Assembly (NCBI GenBank): GCA_043228905.1
Contig: JBHGNT010000016.1
Location: 16,678,001 to 16,742,000 of the forward strand
Length of the DNA: 64,000 bases
Reading direction: 5' to 3'
Origin: Azolla caroliniana
Lineage: Eukaryota; Plantae; Polypodiophyta
The position numbers and the translations under genes are program-made. Within the stretch, counting starts at the first letter, position 1. Each line of letters begins with the position of its first letter. Below are positions 1-9,631 of this stretch, piece by piece. Below the pieces are notes generated by a model, which saw only the letters and a list, made by a program, of their open reading frames with translations, was not told the DNA's origin and searched no databases.

Positions 1-662
1 AGGCATGCACAGACTTCTAGGCCAAGAACATGCGGCACCACGATGGCTCACCGACCAATGAACCCTAGGCCACAAAAAGAAGGAAATAGAAGGTTTTTTG
101 CACAGTACAGAAACCAACCTTCTAAATCTCATCACTCACCTCCCTCACCCTCTTCTACATCCTATCACAGAGCTCAAGTTCACCATAACCAACAGTCCTC
201 ACCCATTAACCATGAGCCGAACCATCCGACTATGCCGATATCTATTTCTGCCGCCCTCCATTGATGGCTTGTGGAGAAACGCTTGGATGGATACATCAGA
301 GTCACCGAGGCACCTCTCCACCCTGACGCATAGGACATCGCTAGGAAGCTCAATATCGAGACGGTCACCAACACGTCCATCCGGAAAAAGCTGGAAAGGC
401 ATTTCGAAATTCCTCCTACGGAAACTTTGCAGAGATATTTCGGGCCATATTCGGCGTCTGCTAAGGCATATAGAACTAAAGAAATTACCGACCCCTTTTT
501 CTGCGAAATAGCCAAGTTTCTGTTAGAGGTTGGATGCGTACATTTAAATGTATATGGGATGCCCAAGCAAAAGGCAAGTATCATCATTGATACCTTTGAA
601 GGGCGCACGGTGTTGGGAGACAGGTCCCTCCGGATGGGAAGGGAGAAGATCACTGCCGATAC

Positions 663-920
663 GGTATGAACCGGATGGTGCAGGCCCAGTATGAACCGGA
701 TGAGGAGTACTCGGCTACGGAGAGCCGGATGGTACAGGCCTGGTATGAACCGGATGAGGAGTACTCGGCTATGGAGAACCGGATGGTGCAGGCCCGGTAT
801 GAACCGGATGAGGAGTACTCGGCTACGGAGAGCCGGATGGTGCAGGCCCGGTATGAACCGGATGAGGAGTACTCGGCTACGGAGAGCCGGATGGTAAAGG
901 CCCGGTATGAACCGGATGAA
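663..920 (+). repeat. 54-bp tandem repeat in U3 of the Copia 5' LTR (4 full units plus a partial unit)
   Basis: Unit GGTATGAACCGGATGAGGAGTACTCGGCTACGGAGAGCCGGATGGTGCAGGCCC; appears as 18-aa repeats in the ORF track. Confidence 0.95.
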
Positions 921-1384
921 GAGACATATTTGTAAATATGTTTCTGAGAGCCCATCGAGGCTACGTTTTTGTAAATAGCCGAAAAGTCATATTAGTATAA
1001 ATGTGACTTAGGGCAAACTTTTAGAAATAGTTGTTGTTGTTGTCATTCTTCCTTGTTGGTGCAAGAAGAAGAGAGAGTGCGTAACTGTACAGAGAGAGAG
1101 AGACGAGGTCGTTGCCTCTGTTGTAACCGCCGCCTGTGGCGAAGAGCGTGAGTCCGAGGTCGTTGCCTCCGTGAACTCACTGTCTTGTACATTCATACAT
1201 AGTGACAGTTTGCAGCCTGTGGGCTGTCGTGGTTTTTCCCTTAGTTTGGGGGTTTTTCCACGTAAACCTCCTGTGTACCATTTCTCTTCTCTGTGTCGTG
1301 TTTTATTTCCCGTTTTTCTGTGTATGAAAAGAAACTTGGTTGTGGCCGAGCGTTGCGCATAAGGAGCTAGGAGTTCCCGTCAAG

Positions 1385-1396
1385 TGGTATCAGAGC
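1385..1396 (+). promoter_or_regulatory. Primer-binding site complementary to the tRNA-iMet 3' end
   Basis: TGGTATCAGAGC lies 2 nt after the LTR end. Confidence 0.95.
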
Positions 1397-1412
1397 GAAA
1401 TCGACACAGAAA

Positions 1413-2270
1413 ATGGACGAATCGTTTGGCGGCATGTTCAAGCTCACCGGCTCCAACTATTCAGTGTGGAAGTCGAAGATGAGGGACATGCTCGTGGTTA
1501 AAGACCTCTGGCTGCCGGTTCAGTTCGGGGACAAGAGACCGGACAAAATCAACGCCGCGATATGGGAGGTGATGCACATGAAGACAACGGCATACATACG
1601 GTGCTTCATCGACATGAGCCTGTACAACAACTTCAATGAAGAGAGCAAGGCTCATGAGCTCTGGAAGAAGATCGGCATAATGTTCCAGAACAAAAATGTT
1701 GTCAATCAGGTGTCGGTATTCCAGAAGCTAGTAAGACTCTGGTACCAAGATGGCTCCAGCATGGCGGAGCACATGAATGCCTTCCAAGGGCTGATACACC
1801 AGGCAACGTCATTGGAAGTACCCCTTGCCGACGAGGTACTAGCGCTACTCCTGCTCGGTTCCCTCCCGGATAGCTGGGAGACGTTGGTTGTCACTTTGGG
1901 CAACGCTGGGCCGGAAGGAAAACAGTTATCCCTAGCAAGAGTAAAGTCGAGCTTGCTAGATGAGGAGGCGCGTCGGAAAGACAAAGACACGAGCTCCGAC
2001 TCCAAAGCGCTCCTTACCAAATCGGAACGCGAAAGACATAGAAACCGTAGTCCCCAGAACCGGGAGAAGTCGGGGACACGGTCAAAGTCAAGGGGGAGGC
2101 CTACTTGCTTCTATTGCGGCAAGCCATGACACTTCCAAAAGAACTGTCGGCATTTCCGTAAAGACAAGGAAACCGACGGTACCGATTCGAAGCAAACCCC
2201 GGACCGGAAAACGGAAAAGACCGGAGGGGGCCGGACCGGAAGGGAACAACAGCTATCGCGGCAAGTGAAG
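1413..2270 (+). pseudogene. gag: Copia gag with a premature stop in the zinc knuckle and a downstream frameshift
   Basis: UBN2-type gag (LLGSLPDSWE). The knuckle reads CFYCGKP*HFQKNC with TGA at 2127-2129. A 32-bp insertion near 2210-2241 shifts the frame. Confidence 0.9.
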
Positions 2271-2275
2271 AAGAG

Positions 2276-5200
2276 TTGATGCTCATCACCGAGGAGAGTG
2301 AAATAAACCTTGCCGGCGACGAGATGACCTGGGTGGTAGACTCCGGAGCATCGTTCCACCTTACCACAGACCGGAAATGCTTCGCATCCTACTCAGCCGG
2401 TGACCACGGCTGTGTCCGGATGGGGAATGAAGGTACATGTCGAATTGTCGGCATAGGAGACGTGTGGCTAACAACACCAACCAGATGGAAGTTGCTGCTA
2501 AAGGATGTCCGACACGTTCCGGAAGTTCGTCTTAACCTGATATCAGCCGGTCGGCTAGATGATGAAGGCTACACGGGTAGCATCCGGAACGGTGTCATGA
2601 AGTTCAACAAAGGGAGCCTGATTGTGGCTCGGGCCCGAAAGGTAAACACGTTGTACCTGATGAATGCCCGGTTATGTCCGGAAGAAGTGAACGTGGCATC
2701 CGACACTGCCGGTGAGCTGTGGCACAAGAGGCTGTGTCATATGAGCGAGAAGGGGATGAAGAGGCTTGCAGACGACAACCTCATTCAAGTGAAGAACGTG
2801 CACTTAGAGAAGTGCACTGATTGTCTGGCCGGTAAGCAGAACCGGACCTCCTTCCGACCAAGGCCACCGATGAGACGTAATGCACCACTGGAGTTGGTGC
2901 ATACGGATGTGTGTCAAGTAGACAAGAAGTCACATGCCGGAGCGCAGTACTTCGTGACGTTCATAGATGACCACAGCCGGAAGCTGTGGGCCACACCGCT
3001 GAAGACGAAGGATCAGGCGTTATCCGTCTTCAAAGAGTTCCACGCGAGAGTGGAAAGAGAAACCGGCCGGAAGCTGAAGGCGGTTCGAGCAGACAACGGA
3101 GGAGAATACCGGGGGCAGTTTGAGGAGTACTGCCGCCCGAAGGGAATCCGGCTCGAATTTACCGTGCCGAAGATGCCGGAACTAAACGGACTAGCCGAGA
3201 AGATGAACCGGACCATAATGGAGAGGGTCCAGAGTATGCTAGCGCATGCTAAACTACCCAAGAAGTTTTGGGCTGAGGCACTATCGACGGCGACATACGT
3301 GATAAATAGATCACCCTTAGTACCCTTGGACGAAGACACGCCACAGAGAGTGTGGACCGGTAAGGAAGTATCCTACCGGCATCTGAAGGTGTTCGGGTGT
3401 CTCGCTTACGTGCATGTAGCTAAGGACCGGAGAGGTAAGTTAGATCCAAAGACCCGTCCATGCAAACTCCTCGGTTACGGTGACGATGAGTTCGGCTACC
3501 GAGTGTGGGACCCGGTCGACAAGAAGGTATTCTGGAGTCGAGATATTATCTTCATGGAGGACAAGACGCTCGCCGACTGGGAGTCGGAGAAGAAGATGAT
3601 GAACTCCGAGTCGACCGGTAAGGATAGACTCTACGATGAGCAGACCCAACCGGCAAGAGACCGGTTAGCACTCGAGGAACCAGCCGGTTACGGTGAGGAT
3701 ACCAAACCGGCAGAAGAAGAAGTAGAAGAAGCTGAGACTGAAACCAGTCAAGACCCCGAATCGGATTCGGATGAAGAGCAAATGGAGGAGCCGGTTACCG
3801 AAGCCCGAAGACATAGATATCCTCTAAGAGAGAGAAGGGCCTCCCGGAGATTTCCGGATGCAGAGCATGTTCTGCTGACCGATGAGGGAGAGCCGGAAAG
3901 CTTCGAAGAAGCGAAGGAAGACACCCACAGTCAAAAATGGTTAAGTGCCATGCAGGATGAGATGGATTCCCTGCATGAGAACCATACGTACGAATTGGTG
4001 GAGCTGCCGAAAGGAAAGCGGGCACTCCAAAACAAGTGGGTGTACAAGTTGAAACCGGGAGATGCCGGCAACCCCCCGAGATACAAAGCCAGGATCGTGG
4101 TGAAGGGGTTCCAGCAGAAGAAGGGTGTGGACTTCGACGAGATATTTGCCCCGGTAGTAAAGATGACCTCCATCCGGACGGTGCTGAGTATAGCAGCAAG
4201 CATGGACCTCGAGGTAGAGCAGCTGGACGTGAAGACGGCATTCCTCCACGGCGACCTCGAAGAGGAGATCTACATGAAGCAACCGGAAGGATTTGTGGAG
4301 AAAGGGAAGGAGCACCTGGTATGCCGGTTGAAGAAGAGCCTGTACGGACTAAAGCAGGCTCCCCGACAATGGTACCGGAAGTTCGACTCCTTCATGACCG
4401 ATCAAGAGTACCACAAGACGCAGGCCGATCACTGCGTGTTTGTGAAGAAGTTCGAAGGAGGGGACTTCCTGATACTCCTCCTGTACGTGGATGACATGTT
4501 GATCGTCGGACGAGACCAAGGCAAAATACGGATGCTGAAGAAGGCTCTCAACCGGACCTTCTCAATGAAAGACTTGGGTCCGGCAAGACAGATGTTGGGG
4601 ATGCACATCATTCGGGACCGGTCAGTGAAGCAATTATGGCTGTCACAGGAGAAGTATGTGACAAAGGTGCTTCACCGGTTCAACATGTCAGAAGCAAAAC
4701 CGGTCGGATCGACACTTCCGGCAAACTGCAAGCTGTCTGGTAACCAAAGCCCGAAGACGAAAGCAGAGAAGGCTGATATGATGAAGATTCCATATGCCTC
4801 TGCCGTCGGGAGCTTGATGTACGCAATGGTCTGTACTCGACCGGACGTTGGATACGCAGTCGGAGTGGTGAGCCGGTTTATGAGCAATCCCGGCAAAGAG
4901 CACTGGAACGCGGTCAAGTGGATACTCCGGTATTTGAAGGGCACTTCCAATATGTGTCTCCGATTCGGCTCAGGAAAACCTCAACTGGACGGTTTCACCG
5001 ATTCGGACATGTCGGCTGATGTGGATACCTGCCGGTATACATCCGGGTATGTGTTGACATATGCAGGGGGAGCTGTTTCGTGGCAGTCGAGGCCGCAGAA
5101 GACAGTTGCATTGTCAACCACAGAGGCGGAGTACATGGTGGCTGTGGAAGCCGGCAAGGAAATTTTATGGATGAAGGACTTCATCGGAGAGCTCGGTATA

Positions 5201-5461
5201 CGGCAAGAGGAATACCGACTCTACTGCGACAGTCAAAGTGCCATCCACCTTGCTAAAAATGCAGCCTACCATTCCCGGACGAAGCATATCCAGCGGAGGT
5301 ATCACTGGATCCGGGAAAGAGTAGATGACCAGGAGTTCGCACTGACGAAGATCCACACGGCCGAGAACAGGTCAGATATGCTGACCAAAGTGCTGACACC
5401 CGACAAGCTGGATGCATGCCGGAAGAGAATCGAACTGGTAAGACACCCCATGCCGGAGTGA
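2276..5461 (+). CDS. pol: Copia pol (PR-IN-RT-RNaseH), uninterrupted frame
   Basis: Motifs: DSGAS protease; WHKRLCH/CTDC; integrase HTDV, DNGGEY, AEKMN; RT LYVDDML; RNase H FTDSD, TEAEY, YCDSQ. Domain order is Copia-type. Confidence 0.95.
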   Translation: MMLITEESEINLAGDEMTWVVDSGASFHLTTDRKCFASYSAGDHGCVRMGNEGTCRIVGIGDVWLTTPTRWKLLLKDVRHVPEVRLNLISAGRLDDEGYTGSIRNGVMKFNKGSLIVARARKVNTLYLMNARLCPEEVNVASDTAGELWHKRLCHMSEKGMKRLADDNLIQVKNVHLEKCTDCLAGKQNRTSFRPRPPMRRNAPLELVHTDVCQVDKKSHAGAQYFVTFIDDHSRKLWATPLKTKDQALSVFKEFHARVERETGRKLKAVRADNGGEYRGQFEEYCRPKGIRLEFTVPKMPELNGLAEKMNRTIMERVQSMLAHAKLPKKFWAEALSTATYVINRSPLVPLDEDTPQRVWTGKEVSYRHLKVFGCLAYVHVAKDRRGKLDPKTRPCKLLGYGDDEFGYRVWDPVDKKVFWSRDIIFMEDKTLADWESEKKMMNSESTGKDRLYDEQTQPARDRLALEEPAGYGEDTKPAEEEVEEAETETSQDPESDSDEEQMEEPVTEARRHRYPLRERRASRRFPDAEHVLLTDEGEPESFEEAKEDTHSQKWLSAMQDEMDSLHENHTYELVELPKGKRALQNKWVYKLKPGDAGNPPRYKARIVVKGFQQKKGVDFDEIFAPVVKMTSIRTVLSIAASMDLEVEQLDVKTAFLHGDLEEEIYMKQPEGFVEKGKEHLVCRLKKSLYGLKQAPRQWYRKFDSFMTDQEYHKTQADHCVFVKKFEGGDFLILLLYVDDMLIVGRDQGKIRMLKKALNRTFSMKDLGPARQMLGMHIIRDRSVKQLWLSQEKYVTKVLHRFNMSEAKPVGSTLPANCKLSGNQSPKTKAEKADMMKIPYASAVGSLMYAMVCTRPDVGYAVGVVSRFMSNPGKEHWNAVKWILRYLKGTSNMCLRFGSGKPQLDGFTDSDMSADVDTCRYTSGYVLTYAGGAVSWQSRPQKTVALSTTEAEYMVAVEAGKEILWMKDFIGELGIRQEEYRLYCDSQSAIHLAKNAAYHSRTKHIQRRYHWIRERVDDQEFALTKIHTAENRSDMLTKVLTPDKLDACRKRIELVRHPMPE

Positions 5462-5523
5462 AGGGGGAGTTTGTTGGGAGACAGGTCCCTCCAGATGGGA
5501 AGGGAGAAGATCACTGCCGATAC

Positions 5524-5835
5524 GGTATGAACCGGATGGTGCAGGCCCGGAATGAACCGGATGAGGAGTACTCGGCTACGGAGAGCCGAATGGTACAGGC
5601 CCGGTATGAACCGGATGAGGAGTACTCGGCTACGGAGAGCCGGATGGTGCAGGCCCGGTATGAACCGGATGAGGAGTACTCGGCTACGGAGAGCCGGATG
5701 GTGCAGGCACGGTATGAACCGGATGAGGAGTACTCGGCTACGGAGAGCCGAATGGTACAAGCCCGGTATGAACCGAATGAGGAGTACTCGGCTACGGAGA
5801 GCCGGATGGTATAGGCCCGGTATGAACCGGATGAA
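5524..5835 (+). repeat. 54-bp tandem repeat in U3 of the Copia 3' LTR (5 full units plus a partial unit)
   Basis: Same unit as 663-920 with one extra copy. Confidence 0.95.
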
Positions 5836-6237
5836 GAGACATATTCGTAAATATGTTTCTGAGAGCCCATCGAGGCTACTTTTTTGTAAATAGCCGAAAA
5901 GTCATATTAGTATAAATGTGACTTAGGGCAAACTTTTAGAAATAGTTGTTGTTGTTGTCATTCTTCCTTGTTGGTGCAAGAAGAAGAGAGAGTGCGTAAC
6001 TGTACAGAGAGAGAGAGACGAGGTCGTTGCCTCTGTTGTAACCGCCGCCTATGGCGAAGAGCGTGAGTCCGAGGTCGTTGCCTCCGTGAACTCACTATCT
6101 TGTACATTCATACATAGTGACAGTTTGCAGCCTATGGGCTGCCGTGGTTTTTCCCTTAGTTTGGGGGTTTTTCCACGTAAACCTCCTGTGTACCATTTCT
6201 CTTCTCTGTGTCGTGTTTTATTTCCCGTTTTTCTATG

Positions 6238-9200
6238 TGTGAAAGTGTTTTTAGAATTCAAGGTATTGAAGTCTACAAGAATATAAGGTATGGTGCGTTC
6301 ACATCCGGAGGGCAAGATCACGAGCTAAGGTCTTGAGGATAAGTCAAACAAAAAGCAAGTCACGTGGAGAAAAGTAAAAGAAGAAAAAAGCGGGCACCAA
6401 AATGCAGTCTACAACGAACGCTCATAACTCATTCGTTTGGAAGCCAAATATAATGTGTAAATATGGGTTGGAAAGTTTGTGAAGAGAGCTATCCATAGGT
6501 TTTTAAAACTCTAAATTTGGAGCATGGATGAGGGAGATATGACGATTAAAAGATCGTTGTATCATAGCTAAGAATAGGAGATGGAAAAGCTGTAAAAAAA
6601 GCGTGGAAAAGAAAGCAAGCGAAACTTATCTACTAGAGGAAAACTTCATATAAAGGAAGAAGAGTGAGGTGGTGAGGAAGAGCTTTTTTCTTGTGGTGTT
6701 TTTCTTGCCTATTCATGTAGTGCGTTTTTCTAGTGATCAATTCATCCTTGTAGGCTTGAGTTTATGTATCTTCTTTCTCTTGTTTCTATGATCATCACTC
6801 CTTATTAATATATCTTTGTAGATTTGGGTTTCTATATCTTCCTTCTCTCTCTTTTCTATCATCATCTCTCTTTTCATTTTTGGCGCTCCAGGGAGGGTCG
6901 ATCCTTTCCGTATAACGGGAGGAACGGTTGTCCACTAATTGATGGTTGGATCTACCGATTCATCATCAAACTAATGGCACGATATGGAGTTCGCGATGCG
7001 ACAGATCTACGAAGAGAACTTTTCCAATTGCGTATGGTTTCACCAATGTGCTACCTCGAGTATGAGAAGACGTTTTTGGATATATGGTCCACTTGGATTG
7101 GACTTGTTGGAGGCGTTGAAGATGTATACTTCAAGATGGAAAGATTCAAAGCAGGGCTAGATCCATATTTTCAATATGAAGTGCATATGAAGTACCCAAG
7201 GTCTTTCCATGATTTGCTTCGAGTATGTCAAAGTTATGATCAACAATTGAAGAAGTTGTTATTCGGTGAAGCATATGGATTATCGGCGTCATATACCATA
7301 AATCCAAGCTATAATAATTGTGGATCGGTCATGAGCCAACAACCAGCCTACTTGCAATGTCCGATTCAACAGGTTCCCTCATATCATTATTCTAATTTTT
7401 GGAGTTATAATGATGTCTATGAAGGTGATTCCAGAGACAATGAAGAAGAGGTGATGAATGTGGAGTCCCCCCATCTAGTTCATGAGGACAACCATGATAT
7501 AAAGAATGATGATGTGAAAGACGAATCTAAGGAGATTGTTATGAGAAGCGATGTTATGGATGGTGATGCCAATGTACATCATGTTGAGGACATTATTGAT
7601 ACAACAAGCGATATGGTGGTTGATGATGAATATGTGCGAGATGAAATGGAAGATATGACAAAAGAAGTTGTTGATGGTGAAGTACCCACAACGAAGTTGC
7701 AAGATGAAGAAGGTAACCTAGAAGTGATAGCTGGAGATTGGCTTTTGGAGATCAATGCGTGTAAGGAAGCATTGGTAAGTGCCAAGTTGCAGTGTATGAA
7801 GGTGTTCGTGCAAGATTTGTGTTTTGGATTTGCATTGAGTAGCAACAAAGTTATGTCGGCATCAACTCTTCAACAACAATTTGATCAAGAGCAAAGAGAA
7901 TTACTTGCAATGCATGATTGGAGTATCATGAACTTATCACCATCAAAGGATCCACCACAACTAATCAAATGTATAAAGGAGAAGGAATCATCTATCGATA
8001 ATGGCAATCAAGAAGAGGAAAGCATAACAATTGATGAATCTTCGTGGGATAGGGAAAACAAATCATTCCACATGGTGTCTAAGGAGGAAGAAGAAGTCAT
8101 TGAAGAGAAAAGCATTATCACCTTGGAGAAGATGATTTCAAGCTACATCCAAGGAGAAGAGCATCTAAGGTTTAGTTCTTTTCTTTTTGAGTTTCCAAAA
8201 TTACTCATAAATGTCTATTCACATATAAAAGGAGAAGGTTGCTTCAAAGACCTTATCAAATTGAAGGTACCAATTGCCCAAACTCTTCAAGAATCTAAGG
8301 TTGTGCAAAAGAAAGATCATAAAGCATTGTTACAAGAGTGTTTCATTTATCATATGGAGAATTTGAAGTTTGTCTCACTTATTGTGGTTGTTCCAAAGGA
8401 GAAAGACGTCAACTTCCAATCCTTGAATGATTCAACCAAACGAGATTTATTTTTGCTTCCTTTTCGAGATGAGATTCTAGATGAAATGGTCATACATAAA
8501 AAACAAGGTAATGTGGAGAATGTGGTGTGCCAAGAAGAAAGTCATGTTGATGAAGCAAAGATCGACGTAATTCAAAATATGACAATTCTGACAAGTCTCG
8601 AAGCTTTGAAGGTATTTGTACAAAAGGTTCGCTCGCTCGAAAGACTTATTCATATGTTAACATGCTTACTTCTCTCAAGAGTTATGTATCACATAGACCT
8701 ACTTCTGTTTGGAAAGTTGATGAAGATATACTAATTGTTGTAACCTCTTTCTTTGTGTTGACAAGGAGAAAGATGGTGATGGCAATTGTCAATGTGTATG
8801 TGTGTGTGTTTAGAAGTGTGAGGTTTTTCCTATCGACTAGCGGGGGTTTTACTCACATAGTTTGTTTCTTTTCTATTTATTTTCTCCTTCTTTGTCTATA
8901 GCCATGAATAAGGCGAAGGAGAACCTTTAGTTTTATTAGTAGCTTAGGGTTCACCATAAATGGTTCACAAAAAAGCAAGGGGGAGGGCTAAATGTGAAAG
9001 TGTTTTTAGAATTCAAGGTATTGAAGTCTACAAGAATATAAGGTATGGTGCGTTCACATCCGGAGGGCAAGATCACGAGCTAAGGTCTTGAGGATAAGTC
9101 AAACAAAAAGCAAGTCACGTGGAGAAAAGTAAAAGAAGAAAAAAGCGGGCACCAAAATGCAGTCTACAACGAACGCTCATAACTCATTCGTTTGGAAGCC

Positions 9201-9631
9201 AAATATAATGTGTAAATATGGGTTGGAAAGTTTGTGAAGAGAGCTATCCATAGGTTTTTAAAACTCTAAATTTGGAGCATGGATGAGGGAGATATGACGA
9301 TTAGAAGATCGTTGTATCATAGCTAAGAATAGGAGATGGAAAAGCTGTAAAAAAAGCGTGGAAAAGAAAGCAAGCGAAACTTATCTACTAGAGGAAAACT
9401 TCATATAAAGGAAGAAGAGTGAGGTGGTGAGGAAGAGCTTTTTTCTTGTGGTGTTTTTCTTGCCTATTCATGTAGTGCGTTTTTCTAGTGATCAATTCAT
9501 CCTTGTAGGCTTGAGTTTATGTATCTTCTTTCTCTTGTTTCTATGATCATCACTCCTTATTAATATATCTTTGTAGATTTGGGTTTCTATATCTTCCTTC
9601 TCTCTCTTTTCTATCATCATCTCTCTTTTCA
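6238..9631 (+). mobile_element. Young non-autonomous Gypsy-derived LTR element inserted in the Copia 3' LTR
   Basis: 639-bp LTRs at 6238-6876 and 8993-9631, with one substitution seen. TSD CTATG at 6233-6237 and 9632-9636. PBS TGGCGCTCCAGGGAGG from 6881 (tRNA-Arg-like). PPT at ~8969-8987. Confidence 0.95.
6974..8734 (+). CDS. Gag-like domain, acidic linker and eroded RT fragments in one open frame
   Basis: First ATG after the PBS in ORF 6824..8734. RRELFQL..ERFKAGLDP..YPRSF is gag-like. FIYHMEN..VSLIVVVPK..LND..LPFRDEILD and VDEAKIDVI resemble Gypsy RT segments. No YxDD motif. Confidence 0.75.
   Translation: MARYGVRDATDLRRELFQLRMVSPMCYLEYEKTFLDIWSTWIGLVGGVEDVYFKMERFKAGLDPYFQYEVHMKYPRSFHDLLRVCQSYDQQLKKLLFGEAYGLSASYTINPSYNNCGSVMSQQPAYLQCPIQQVPSYHYSNFWSYNDVYEGDSRDNEEEVMNVESPHLVHEDNHDIKNDDVKDESKEIVMRSDVMDGDANVHHVEDIIDTTSDMVVDDEYVRDEMEDMTKEVVDGEVPTTKLQDEEGNLEVIAGDWLLEINACKEALVSAKLQCMKVFVQDLCFGFALSSNKVMSASTLQQQFDQEQRELLAMHDWSIMNLSPSKDPPQLIKCIKEKESSIDNGNQEEESITIDESSWDRENKSFHMVSKEEEEVIEEKSIITLEKMISSYIQGEEHLRFSSFLFEFPKLLINVYSHIKGEGCFKDLIKLKVPIAQTLQESKVVQKKDHKALLQECFIYHMENLKFVSLIVVVPKEKDVNFQSLNDSTKRDLFLLPFRDEILDEMVIHKKQGNVENVVCQEESHVDEAKIDVIQNMTILTSLEALKVFVQKVRSLERLIHMLTCLLLSRVMYHIDLLLFGKLMKIY

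Noticed and set aside
663-920. Regular repeats as a CRISPR array or repeat protein gene
   Set aside because: Units are contiguous with no unique spacers, lie inside paired LTRs, and no cas genes are present. The ORFs arise because the unit length is a multiple of 3.
3013-5356. Numerous antisense and alternate-frame ORFs over pol genes
   Set aside because: They are shadow ORFs of GC-rich coding sequence with no independent motifs.
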